The notes below the pieces were generated by a model, which worked only from the letters and a program-made list of their open reading frames with translations, ran no database searches and was not told the DNA's origin. Positions 15,808-25,325 of a stretch of DNA of 26,228 nt are shown in pieces (position 1 is the stretch's first letter; every line of letters begins with the position of its first letter). This stretch comes from a virus. Its lineage: Duplodnaviria > Caudoviricetes. Position numbers and translations under genes: made by a program. The stretch covers positions 1-26,228 of the IMG/VR virus record IMGVR_UViG_3300027969_000383, one strand, 5' to 3'.

Positions 15808-16827
15808 TTATACATGAAGTCCATTGTAAATGTCAATGAGTGTTTGGCGATCAACTACATCGCTTTCAATTGCAGTTAGTTGACTGACAACAATTTGATC
15901 CACTGATTCAAAGTGTACATCGCCACTCCAATCCTGTGTATGTTCTTCACGCTTGGCTGGAATAAGATTCAGTTCTCGCAACTTGTATGTTTCCATCCAG
16001 TTCTCTTTTAAGAATGTTGCTTCTTCAAAACTAATATCAGCATCGCAGGTAACACGTAAGAAACTATTTTGATTCATATACTTGTCTGGATCTTCAATCA
16101 ATCTTGTAAGATCAATAGTTTTGAAACTGGGCGCATCTGGCCAAGCAATATACTTAGGTTGTCCACCAAACTCAAGAATCATCATGCCTCGATCATCATC
16201 CCATGCATCTGAATAGTTATGTGGAAAGGCATTGCCAGTATAAGTTACATTACCATTATGCTGTCTCATATGGAAGTGTCCGCTAAAGACTTTTTCTTGA
16301 TTAGGAAAATGGCCTTTGTTTAGTCCGCCATGATCTGGCATTTCTACCATGGCGTTCATTTTAAAGTATGGAAGTTCAAAGTGACCGAACACATAACGAC
16401 TATCAAGACGTTTCATTCCAGTCCATTCATCTCCTACTAGCCAAGGCACAAGACTTACCCCACCTTCGGTATAAACATCATTAACCAAAATAACGTTTTT
16501 CTGATTTCTAATAAATGGAATACTTGTTAAGTCTCGCTTCTCTCGATAATACAAATCATGATTGCCAGGAATGAAAAAGAAACGTTCAAAGTGCTTACTG
16601 ATATAATCAATGGCATCTACTGTGTAGTTTAATGTACTAACATTAACTGTGGCACGATGGTGATGCCAGTCGCCCATAAAGATTGCTGTGTCACAACCTT
16701 GACTAGTTGCTTCGGCACAGAACCATTTAACAAAACTCAAACAATCATCGTTATGGGCTTTACTATTTTGGCGCATACCAAAATGGATGTCAGTAAAAAC
16801 AGCCGCTTTCTTAAACATATCTGTCAT
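15808..16827 (-). CDS. gp47: Recombination endonuclease nuclease subunit (gp47 / SbcD / Mre11)
   Basis: Metallophosphoesterase motifs DIHFG, GDWHH, GNHD, GHFE, SGHFH; adjacent to gp46. Confidence 0.93.
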   Translation of the reverse strand: MTDMFKKAAVFTDIHFGMRQNSKAHNDDCLSFVKWFCAEATSQGCDTAIFMGDWHHHRATVNVSTLNYTVDAIDYISKHFERFFFIPGNHDLYYREKRDLTSIPFIRNQKNVILVNDVYTEGGVSLVPWLVGDEWTGMKRLDSRYVFGHFELPYFKMNAMVEMPDHGGLNKGHFPNQEKVFSGHFHMRQHNGNVTYTGNAFPHNYSDAWDDDRGMMILEFGGQPKYIAWPDAPSFKTIDLTRLIEDPDKYMNQNSFLRVTCDADISFEEATFLKENWMETYKLRELNLIPAKREEHTQDWSGDVHFESVDQIVVSQLTAIESDVVDRQTLIDIYNGLHV

Positions 16828-16835
16828 ATTATTTG

Positions 16836-17699
16836 TTAATCTTTCAAGCCTGCTAAACGGTCACGTTCGTCACGCATGTTAGCTTCGTGTTCGAACTGCC
16901 TAGAGAAACTAGGACTGCTGCCATGCTCAATGAGCAGATCGTCTCTAATAGTTTGATTTTTCTTTTCAATGTTCAAGATACGAGTAAAGCTATTATCGAT
17001 AGCGGCAGTATAATACGCAAAAGGGTTCTGCGATTTTGATTCATCGAATTGTAATCCAATTTGACTTAATTGTAGCAATGCCTGACTACGCATTTCATCT
17101 ACATAAGTGTAGCCACGCCAGTTAAAACGCATACTATAGCGTTCACAGAGTAACATATAACTCTTGGCTAGTTTTTTTGTTATTTGGCCTTCTAGATTGA
17201 ACTCACCGGTGTCCATATCACCTCGCCAATGACTCTTGCCCACACAGATCAAATCATCTTTTTCAGCACCATCCTCGGTGCTAAACTTAAAATGTTGAAA
17301 AGGAGGAAAGTTACATTTGCTGTGATGATCACCTCTGTTCTTAGGAGTCTTTTTACGACCTGGTTCAAGAGGCACATGATCATGTGTCATAATTCTAAAC
17401 ACAACGTCAGTTTTTGCGACTTTTTTATAGTCAATTTCAACTTCTGCTAATTTAGTTTTTGGATTAATCTTTTGAGCTTCTGCCAGCGCAAGCTGACTTA
17501 ATCTAAGTGCTTGGTTGCGTTTAGCTTCTGCTATGGTTCGTATGTTAATCTTAGACGTATCGGCTAAAATTAAATCATAGTTGTTATATTCGGGTTTTGT
17601 ATAGCTACTGTAGTTGTTCTTACTAAGATGAATTTCTTTAAGTAATTCCTTGTTAGTCAAGTACTGTTTTGCTAGTGGGTTTGCTTGTGATGTTGCCAT
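16836..17699 (-). CDS. gp55: Late-transcription sigma factor, gp55-like, with a large insertion
   Basis: YLTNKELL..I, RFNWRGYTY.DEM, FDESKSQNPFAYYT; gene order 55-47-46 as in T4-like phages. Confidence 0.85.
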   Translation of the reverse strand: MATSQANPLAKQYLTNKELLKEIHLSKNNYSSYTKPEYNNYDLILADTSKINIRTIAEAKRNQALRLSQLALAEAQKINPKTKLAEVEIDYKKVAKTDVVFRIMTHDHVPLEPGRKKTPKNRGDHHSKCNFPPFQHFKFSTEDGAEKDDLICVGKSHWRGDMDTGEFNLEGQITKKLAKSYMLLCERYSMRFNWRGYTYVDEMRSQALLQLSQIGLQFDESKSQNPFAYYTAAIDNSFTRILNIEKKNQTIRDDLLIEHGSSPSFSRQFEHEANMRDERDRLAGLKD

Positions 17700-17706
17700 A
17701 GTAGTT

Positions 17707-17736
17707 ATTTTAACACATTTTGTTTAACAAAGTCAA
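17707..17736 (-). promoter_or_regulatory. Sigma70-type promoter for the gp55-47-46 operon
   Basis: TTGACT-18 nt-TAAAAT with an extended -10 TG, 7 nt before ATG 17699. Confidence 0.65.
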
Positions 17737-17770
17737 GTCTTTTTGGAATTAAAACTATAGATTATTATAC

Positions 17771-17778
17771 GCTAAATA
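17771..17778 (+). promoter_or_regulatory. Late promoter GCTAAATA for the baseplate operon
   Basis: TAAATA core 5 nt before ATG 17784, no SD. Confidence 0.6.
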
Positions 17779-17783
17779 CTAGT

Positions 17784-18443
17784 ATGAGCGTGTACCTATT
17801 AGCAAAAAACCCAGTTGGAACTTTGGAAGAATTAAGATTTCAATATACTCCACAAATCGAATATAGTAATGACGTCAAGTACGACGCATACAGCCTCACA
17901 CATACTAATTATCAGCCGTATGCATATTCTAGAACAGAGAATCCAGTAATTGGTTTAACTTGTAAATTTAGTGCCCATACCAAAGAGCACTTTGACCACT
18001 GCGAATATGCCATTAGATTTTTGCGTACCTATACTAAAATGAATTATGGCAGAACTGATAATCAACGTGGTCAAAGTCCACGTATTCTAAGATTCTTTGC
18101 ACACGGCAGTCCGATATTCAATAAAGTGCCTGTGGTTATTAGTAAGTTTTCAATGACATTCCCCGATGATATTGATTATGTCAAAGGTGTATTTTCTCCG
18201 GATAACAAATTAATAGACGCAACCCGAGACGTAAAAAACCCCACAACTGAAGTACCTGCTGCAGGTGCAGATGGTGTTCCTGAAATAGTAGTCACTGGTC
18301 AACGAACTAAAGAATTTTATTTGCCAGTATTTTTTACTATTAATATTAGTTTATTAATGCAACCAAACATATATAAAGCTGTCAATGAATTTAATTTAGA
18401 AGACTTTTCCAAAGGCGCATTAAGTTCGAAAGGATACATTTAA
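17784..18443 (+). CDS. Baseplate / tail-tube initiator-like protein (gp48/CIS-type)
   Basis: F.YTPQI, HTNY, P.ILRF, F.KVPVVISKFSMTFPDDIDY; directly upstream of the LysM/gp53-like gene. Confidence 0.6.
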   Translation: MSVYLLAKNPVGTLEELRFQYTPQIEYSNDVKYDAYSLTHTNYQPYAYSRTENPVIGLTCKFSAHTKEHFDHCEYAIRFLRTYTKMNYGRTDNQRGQSPRILRFFAHGSPIFNKVPVVISKFSMTFPDDIDYVKGVFSPDNKLIDATRDVKNPTTEVPAAGADGVPEIVVTGQRTKEFYLPVFFTINISLLMQPNIYKAVNEFNLEDFSKGALSSKGYI

Positions 18444-18766
18444 TGATATCCACTATTATTCCAACAGACATGTACGGTGATAGAAGTTTTCTTCGTCAGA
18501 CATCTATTAAAAACTTTTATTTAGATGTATCCAAGTTACCTATGCTAAACTATACAAAAGGTGACTATGTTATAGTGCCTCCAGAGTGCGAGTACAGGAT
18601 AGACTTGTTTAGTTACCAACAATTTGGCACCAGCAGATTATGGTGGGTGATAGCACTGGCAAATGCTGATACTGTTAAAGATCCTATATGGGATTTTAAA
18701 TCAGGCATGCAAATGTTTATCCCCAGTGACTCATCTTTGTTGGAGAAATTGGCAGGAGTTAGATAA
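18443..18766 (+). CDS. Baseplate wedge protein, gp53-like (LysM-type)
   Basis: EYRIDLFSYQQFGTSRLWWVIALAN...DF..G...IP. Confidence 0.8.
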   Translation: MISTIIPTDMYGDRSFLRQTSIKNFYLDVSKLPMLNYTKGDYVIVPPECEYRIDLFSYQQFGTSRLWWVIALANADTVKDPIWDFKSGMQMFIPSDSSLLEKLAGVR

Positions 18767-19488
18767 TGGCCACCGGCACGCACAAGCATGGTGGTTATGG
18801 TGCAGATAGGGGAAATAGAAGTCATGAAGGCTGCGACTTTAGTACACCAGTAGGTACACCATTATATAATACACAACCAGTTACTGTTGTTAAAGTAATG
18901 GATACTCCAAATGCAACCGGCGGGAATGGGGTTGTGGTTAGAGATCAATATGGCACAGAGTATTATTATGCTCACTTAGACACTGCTCCTAAACAGCTAC
19001 AGCCCGGTATGCAATTACAGCCAGGTACATATTTAGGTAGCACAGGAAATTCAGGTGCTGATAGTTCGGGTAGACCTTATGCCGCACATTTACATTTCGA
19101 AGCTTGGCCCGGCGGCAAAAAACCAACCAATCAAGGCGGCAAACCTGCAAACCCGGAATCAATTGACCCAAACACTGGTAAACCATATTTAAATGTTGCT
19201 ACATATAATTTAGATAAAGACGGAAATCCTATTAATAATTTAAGAACTGGTAGTGCTGTGCCAAACAAATTTAAAGCAGGGAAACCGTTACCTGAACCTG
19301 GAAAAAATCAAAGTCCAGATTTAAATAAAGATAAGCAGAAAAAGAAAGAGGGATTGTACAATAAACCAACACCACCAAAAACAACACCTAAGAGCCCAAA
19401 TAACAATAATGATGCGCTGGGAGGATTTATTAAGCAACGAGGCTTATTAAACACAAATGATGTTCATAAAATGCACGACGGCGGATAA
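18766..19488 (+). CDS. M23 family Zn-metallopeptidase with a K/P/N-rich tail
   Basis: HEGCD (HxxxD), YYAHL, G.TGNSG, HLHFE (HxH). Confidence 0.9.
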   Translation: MATGTHKHGGYGADRGNRSHEGCDFSTPVGTPLYNTQPVTVVKVMDTPNATGGNGVVVRDQYGTEYYYAHLDTAPKQLQPGMQLQPGTYLGSTGNSGADSSGRPYAAHLHFEAWPGGKKPTNQGGKPANPESIDPNTGKPYLNVATYNLDKDGNPINNLRTGSAVPNKFKAGKPLPEPGKNQSPDLNKDKQKKKEGLYNKPTPPKTTPKSPNNNNDALGGFIKQRGLLNTNDVHKMHDGG

Positions 19489-19490
19489 GA

Positions 19491-22487
19491 ATGGCACATA
19501 CATATTATACACGATTAACATTGGTACATCCAAATGATGTTAACAAATTAGATCCTAGGCTTGGAGTAGTTGTTGCAGAAACTGCCACAACTGGTAGATT
19601 CATAATCACTGATGTCAGTTGGCAAAGTAAGATTAATGCCAATGCTAACACAACCATCGCCATGAACAACTATGGCGAATTAAAGATATATGAACCCACA
19701 GGTATGGCCTTGCTGGATTATATCAAAGCCTCCGCCTTTCAAGTGGGATCAATGAATTACCTCGACTGTAAGTATCTATTAGAAATTGAGATATTTGGTG
19801 AAAATGTTCCTGAATCAGGCTCACCATACAAATACATATGGCCCATTATGTTTATATCCACAGATGTAAAAGCCACAGTAACGGAAAAAGGCACAGAATA
19901 TAACGTGACATTCTGCCACTCTACCCATCACGGTCAAACTGATTTAGTACAACCTATAAAAGAAACAACTACTATCGAAGCAGGCACCATCGGTGAATAT
20001 TTTAGACTATTACAAGTTGAATTAGAAACAAAAGAATTTAAGTATGCTGCCGCCAGGCAAAAAGCCGGCGCTGCCGCGGCCGTTGGTGGTCCTAATCCTG
20101 CAAGTCAAGATGTATTTCATGATGAATACCATTTCTTAGTTGAGCCTAGAATAGAAAAATATGCATTTACATCAAAAGGTAAAGCAGATGCCAACGTTAC
20201 TGGAACTTGGGGAGGAATAGGTTCATTCTTCAGTGGAAGATACAATGTTAGTGTGCGTCCAGGAACTCCACTAACTCAACAAATAACAAAAATATTACAA
20301 AGCACAAAAGATATATCAGACCTATTACCTAATAGACCAAAACCAGTATCATCGGATGCCGCAGGCAGTAGCGAAAAAAGTAAAGCTGATTTACAAAGTA
20401 TGTTAGGTAATGTGTATCAATTTTTTAGAGTCGAAACCTATAGTGTTTATAAATCATTTGATTATATACGCAATCGTTATGCGGTAAAACATGTGTATTT
20501 AATTTATTTGGCTGATCAAGCAAACATGTATCAGTATCCAGATGAACTAGCCTTGTTAAACAAAATGAGTAACAAGGACAAAGTACTAACGAAATTAAGA
20601 TATTATCTTCAAGAAGGGTTGTTACGCAAGTTATATTATTTTAATTATACTGGTATGAACACTGAAGTTCTTCGAGCAGATTTGCAGTACAATCAATCAT
20701 TCAGTATACCTAGTTTTCCTGTTATATGGGCAGATCGAAATCAAACAGGTTCCGGCGCAATGAACTTACAAAATTATAATAGAAGAGTTAGTCCGTACGC
20801 ACATGCTGACAATCAAGGTTCTGCTCGAATTGATATACAAATGATGCAGATCAAAGCACAAACCTTGACTACAAAATTAAAAGAGGATATGCAAAAATAT
20901 GCCAAAGGAGATCCAGAAGCTTATCAACGCTATGTCAGCCGACAAGGCAAACAAGCACAAAAGGATTATAAAGACATACAAGATTATCTAACATTCTTGA
21001 ATAATGAAATTGCAAAACGAGAAGATGAATTTAATACGCAACAACAAAAAGTTACTGGCACCGGAATAAAAAATAGAAAAGATTTGCTCAATAGTTTAGT
21101 TTACGCAGAGGATGTAGGACAGGACAAAAATGTATGGGAAACTATATATAGAAAATCTATAGAGTTAGATTACCCTAATTTAATACCCAGAATGGAGCCC
21201 GACGTTATTGGCGAGCAAGTTGACATTATTAAATCAGAAAACGAAAAACTAATGGAAAAAATATTCGCAGTTCAGCTTGCGCCACGAGACTTGGTTAACT
21301 TAGACATGGAAATTGTTGGTGACCCGTATTGGCTGGGAGTTCCTAACTTATTGTTAAACGGCAGTATAGGTTTGTCAAAAATTCAACTGCCTAGTTCTAG
21401 TGAAAAAGAAATTAGAGCAATGCTCGAAGCAAAAATGCCAAATATTGAAAAAGGCTGGAAAACTAAAGAACCGTTGTGGACCACCGACTATGGTGTAGCG
21501 CAGTGGTATCAAGGAAGTCAGTTATTTTATTTCTGTACGATGATGCCAGACGGTGGCTACAATGATGAAGATTTAATGACTTTTAATTATAATGATCAAA
21601 TTGTTGGAATATATCAAGTATATGAAGTTGAAAATATTTTTAAAGAAGGTAAATGGACTCAGAAGTTAAAATCTATTAGGGACGTAACAATACCAAGTCA
21701 TATTTTACCTAGAGCCAATTTAACAGAAGGCGGCGCTGTGTCATTTGAAGACTGGGCAGACGGCGTACTAGCCTCTGAAGACAAAGCCAAAGATCGCATA
21801 AATGAAATGCGAGAACAAGGTGCAACAAATCAAAGAAATGCACAATTAAAACAAGAAGCGTTATCTGGCGATGAAGGTATGGGTGCAGGAGGAGTAACTG
21901 CGCCGGCCACTGTTTCATCGACTCCGGGTGTCAATGACGCATTAAACAAACAAAGAGCTATACTAAGAGATAACCCTCCACCAGCAGTTGTAGATCCAGT
22001 GACAAATGCACAGTCTATGGTTGATAGTGGTAAGTCTAGAAATGAAGCATACGAATCAGCCAAACGTCAATATAGCGAAGAAACTAAAGCTTATTATAAA
22101 CATTTAGAAGATGCAGATAAGAAAGCTTACGCAGAATCAGGTGTACCAAATAACAAACCATACTCTGCAGATACTCTTGCGGGTCTAGCAATGACTAAGA
22201 GTGGCGCAGGCGGCCTGGATGATTGGAAGAGCAACAATACTGCTCGCCCAGGCCCAGCAGATGTTAATAATCCATTAGGTGTTGGTTATGTTGCTGACAG
22301 AAACAAGTATAATGGATATAATACATGGGAAGAAGGCCTGAAAGCCGGCAACGAATATTATAACTACGGTGTTGGTGTAATACCTTCTGGCAGAAATGGC
22401 CCTAATAGATATTTGTTGCCATCCGATGTCAAGGCCGCAGATGAAGCAGAGTATATTAGAAAAGCGGCATTAGGGGGTAAAGGTTAA
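19491..22487 (+). CDS. Large baseplate hub-like protein (gp27 position, 998 aa)
   Basis: KIYEPTG, LDMEIVGDPYWL, G.YQVYEVENIF..GKWTQ.L; lies between the gp53-like and gp5-like genes. Confidence 0.65.
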   Translation: MAHTYYTRLTLVHPNDVNKLDPRLGVVVAETATTGRFIITDVSWQSKINANANTTIAMNNYGELKIYEPTGMALLDYIKASAFQVGSMNYLDCKYLLEIEIFGENVPESGSPYKYIWPIMFISTDVKATVTEKGTEYNVTFCHSTHHGQTDLVQPIKETTTIEAGTIGEYFRLLQVELETKEFKYAAARQKAGAAAAVGGPNPASQDVFHDEYHFLVEPRIEKYAFTSKGKADANVTGTWGGIGSFFSGRYNVSVRPGTPLTQQITKILQSTKDISDLLPNRPKPVSSDAAGSSEKSKADLQSMLGNVYQFFRVETYSVYKSFDYIRNRYAVKHVYLIYLADQANMYQYPDELALLNKMSNKDKVLTKLRYYLQEGLLRKLYYFNYTGMNTEVLRADLQYNQSFSIPSFPVIWADRNQTGSGAMNLQNYNRRVSPYAHADNQGSARIDIQMMQIKAQTLTTKLKEDMQKYAKGDPEAYQRYVSRQGKQAQKDYKDIQDYLTFLNNEIAKREDEFNTQQQKVTGTGIKNRKDLLNSLVYAEDVGQDKNVWETIYRKSIELDYPNLIPRMEPDVIGEQVDIIKSENEKLMEKIFAVQLAPRDLVNLDMEIVGDPYWLGVPNLLLNGSIGLSKIQLPSSSEKEIRAMLEAKMPNIEKGWKTKEPLWTTDYGVAQWYQGSQLFYFCTMMPDGGYNDEDLMTFNYNDQIVGIYQVYEVENIFKEGKWTQKLKSIRDVTIPSHILPRANLTEGGAVSFEDWADGVLASEDKAKDRINEMREQGATNQRNAQLKQEALSGDEGMGAGGVTAPATVSSTPGVNDALNKQRAILRDNPPPAVVDPVTNAQSMVDSGKSRNEAYESAKRQYSEETKAYYKHLEDADKKAYAESGVPNNKPYSADTLAGLAMTKSGAGGLDDWKSNNTARPGPADVNNPLGVGYVADRNKYNGYNTWEEGLKAGNEYYNYGVGVIPSGRNGPNRYLLPSDVKAADEAEYIRKAALGGKG

Positions 22488-24739
22488 TGGCAAGAGTCGC
22501 AAAAGCAAATGGTAGTGTAAAAGCACCAGCAAGTTATACAACCAATGAAAGTGCCAATGTACCACGTCGGCAAGGCGTATACATAGGTATTGTAAAAAAG
22601 AATGATGATCCACAAAACATGGGTCGCTTACAAGTATATATTCCTGACTTTGGAGGAGATCCTGAAGCCGAATCCAGCTGGCACTCCGCTAGTTATGCCA
22701 GTCCGTTTGGTGGCACAACAAGTATCTTCGATCAAGGAAAAAATGTAGAAGAATACAGCGACACAATTAAAAGCTATGGATTTTGGGCAGTACCTCCCGA
22801 CTTAGACGCACAGGTATTAGTTACATTTATAGCTGGCAAAGGAGCTCCTTGTTATTGGTTTGCTTGTATATTTCAAACAGGCACTCAAGTTAGTATTCCT
22901 GGTATACCCGCGGGCAATACTCATAAAGGCGATAACATACCAGTTGCACCAAAAAATAGAAAAGACTTAGATCCTGATTTAACAAAATATGTAGCGCATG
23001 AACCTGCATATACTGCTTTAAAAACTCAGGGTTTGGAAAATGATACGCTTAGAGGAACAACTACCAGCGGAGCAATGCGTGAAGCACCCAGCAAAGTTAT
23101 TGGTTTGCTGACTCCAGGTCAACATCAATTTGTATTAGATGATGGTGACAAAGACGGCAATAATAGATTGATCAGACTACGAACTACAAACGGAACACAA
23201 TTATTATTAGATGATGTTGCCGGTCACGTTTACCTTATCAGTAAAAATGGCGAGAGTTGGATAGAGTTAAGTGCAGATGGAAGAATACATTTATATGGCA
23301 GTAAAGACATAAACATAAGAAGCCAAGAAAATATAAACTTATATGCAGATAACAATGTCAACATAGAAGCAGGCCTGAATATCAATATGAAAGCCAATGC
23401 CGGCAGTTTCCAAGTAAGTGCTGGCAATGAAGTTTCTATGTTAGCAGTAACAAATACTAAAATTACCAGCGGCGAGACCAGTAATATTCTAAGTGGTGTA
23501 GCGCATTATGAAACAGCTGGCGTTATACATATGAATGGCCCAGTTGCTGATGCAGCCAATGAAATACCAATGTACAACCTAGCTGTTAATCAAGGTGTAA
23601 AAGAAAGTATTTGTAGTATTGTTCCAGAACATGAACCATGGGCCGGCCATAGCGGAATGATTAACCCCATTGGCACTGGGAATATGCAAATGCAATCTGA
23701 TCCTGCACCTGATCAAATACAGCCTAGAAAACCAAAAGAGAATGAAGTACCAGCACCAATTGTACCTACTCCTAATAAAGATGACGACGTGGCAGTAGAA
23801 GATGCCACAGTCAGTGATAAAATTGTCAGTGTTATCAAGCAACAAAACGGATACACTCCTGTTAATACTGCCGATGCGAATGGAGAGAGTGGAGGGTATG
23901 GAAGTGTGATAGTTCCACAAAAAGCAACGCCGCCTTATACTGGCGCAAAAGGTTTTGATTTAAATTTACCACCTGGCAATGGAGCAGTAGCATTGGGCGC
24001 AAACATTTTTAAAGAATTTGGAGACAAACTTAAGGCTGCCGAAAATACTGTAACCAGTGGAATAAAAAGTGTAACAGATAAAATATTTCCATCTAACAAT
24101 GTAGTAGCAGGAGGGGTATCTGTTGGATCAGGATCGTCTGCTGATGTAACTAAAATGCTAAGTCAAGGTATCAGTCCAGACAAAGCACAAGATATGTTGT
24201 ATAATGATCTTGCACGAAATCAGCGTGATGTTAAAAATATGTTATCCGGATCAAATGTAAAATCAATACCACAAAATGTATTTGACGGATTAGTCAGTTT
24301 ACAAAACCAAACAGGTGATGCTAGTATGGCATTTGTAAAAGGCGAGAAAATAGATTTGATACCTTTATATAAGGCAGGTGCGTGGGACCAAGCCGCAAGT
24401 TTCATTGCTGCCGACGAAAGAGATAGAAATCGAAGAATTTTGGAAGCAGGTATCATTGCTAATAACAACTACGGACCCGAAGTCAATGAACAGCAAGTCA
24501 TTGATAAAGGTATGGCTAAAACTAATGAAATGATTGCCAAAGGTAAACTAAATCAGCAAACTGCTAGTGGCGCAACGGATCAACAAACATTAGCTGCCGC
24601 GACAAACTATTTTAATGTAACAGGAAATCCAATTGTTGGATCTACCTACGAATTTAATAATCAAGTTAGTCAAAATACAACCAATGGCAATTTAGCAAAC
24701 ATTGCTAAACAGGGTTTTACCGGCCCATGGCCATATTAA
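22487..24739 (+). CDS. Baseplate central spike, gp5/VgrG-like, with a degenerate lysozyme-like C-terminal region
   Basis: OB-fold YIGIVK.NDDPQNMGRLQVYIP, SYGFWAVPPD; beta-helix region (GHQFVLDD-like QHQFVLDD, IRLRT..G.Q.LL.D); VPEHEPW.GH. Confidence 0.8.
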   Translation: MARVAKANGSVKAPASYTTNESANVPRRQGVYIGIVKKNDDPQNMGRLQVYIPDFGGDPEAESSWHSASYASPFGGTTSIFDQGKNVEEYSDTIKSYGFWAVPPDLDAQVLVTFIAGKGAPCYWFACIFQTGTQVSIPGIPAGNTHKGDNIPVAPKNRKDLDPDLTKYVAHEPAYTALKTQGLENDTLRGTTTSGAMREAPSKVIGLLTPGQHQFVLDDGDKDGNNRLIRLRTTNGTQLLLDDVAGHVYLISKNGESWIELSADGRIHLYGSKDINIRSQENINLYADNNVNIEAGLNINMKANAGSFQVSAGNEVSMLAVTNTKITSGETSNILSGVAHYETAGVIHMNGPVADAANEIPMYNLAVNQGVKESICSIVPEHEPWAGHSGMINPIGTGNMQMQSDPAPDQIQPRKPKENEVPAPIVPTPNKDDDVAVEDATVSDKIVSVIKQQNGYTPVNTADANGESGGYGSVIVPQKATPPYTGAKGFDLNLPPGNGAVALGANIFKEFGDKLKAAENTVTSGIKSVTDKIFPSNNVVAGGVSVGSGSSADVTKMLSQGISPDKAQDMLYNDLARNQRDVKNMLSGSNVKSIPQNVFDGLVSLQNQTGDASMAFVKGEKIDLIPLYKAGAWDQAASFIAADERDRNRRILEAGIIANNNYGPEVNEQQVIDKGMAKTNEMIAKGKLNQQTASGATDQQTLAAATNYFNVTGNPIVGSTYEFNNQVSQNTTNGNLANIAKQGFTGPWPY

Positions 24740-25098
24740 ACAAAAGGTCTAAGTGAAGGCGCAACCCAGCCAATCGGCTTTAATACTTTGCCATCTGGGC
24801 GTTTACGAACTTTACCAGTCTCTTTGTCAATCTTAGCAAAGTTGGTGGCCATAACTTCTTTCCAAGCACCTTCAGCATCACTGCCCATACTATGGATAGC
24901 ACCAATGGTAACAACTAGGATGTCAATCAATGCGTCCAACGTTTCTGTTTGGTCAGTGTTATTAATTGCTTCATTGAGTTCTGTATATTCTTCTTTGATT
25001 AAGTTGACATACAGTTTGAATTGTTCTTGATTAAAGCCTTCGACGCTTTGGTCGCAGGCCTTCATAAATTTCTCTTGGTCCTTAAAGGGGTTTGTCAT
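24736..25098 (-). CDS. MazG-like / PRA-PH-like NTP pyrophosphohydrolase (120 aa; start corrected from 25173)
   Basis: LIKEEYTEL, ETLDALIDILVV, EVMATNFAK, R.DGKVLKP.GW; ATG 25098 overlaps the upstream TGA. Confidence 0.85.
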   Translation of the reverse strand: MTNPFKDQEKFMKACDQSVEGFNQEQFKLYVNLIKEEYTELNEAINNTDQTETLDALIDILVVTIGAIHSMGSDAEGAWKEVMATNFAKIDKETGKVRKRPDGKVLKPIGWVAPSLRPFV

Positions 25099-25325
25099 TT
25101 TGTTAGTTCTTCCATAAAGTGTTCGTGTACAGGTTGGTATGCAATTGGTTTGATCCAACCGTTGTTGATACATTCGGCAATAATTAACTGATATTCTCTG
25201 GGACAGCCATCGCCGAATTCAAATCCTGCCCTAGGCACTACAACAATGTTATCCGGACTGAAATTAAATCCAGGATCATTTTTTCTATAAGTTTTATATT
25301 TTAGACTTGAGCTTGTTGTATACAT
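25095..25325 (-). CDS. Hypothetical protein (76 aa)
   Basis: VVPRAGFE...CPREY...GWIKPIA; translationally coupled to the next gene. Confidence 0.7.
   Translation of the reverse strand: MYTTSSSLKYKTYRKNDPGFNFSPDNIVVVPRAGFEFGDGCPREYQLIIAECINNGWIKPIAYQPVHEHFMEELTK

Noticed and set aside
24736-24739. Convergent genes sharing TTAA as both stop codons
   Set aside because: Common compaction feature with no further structure seen.
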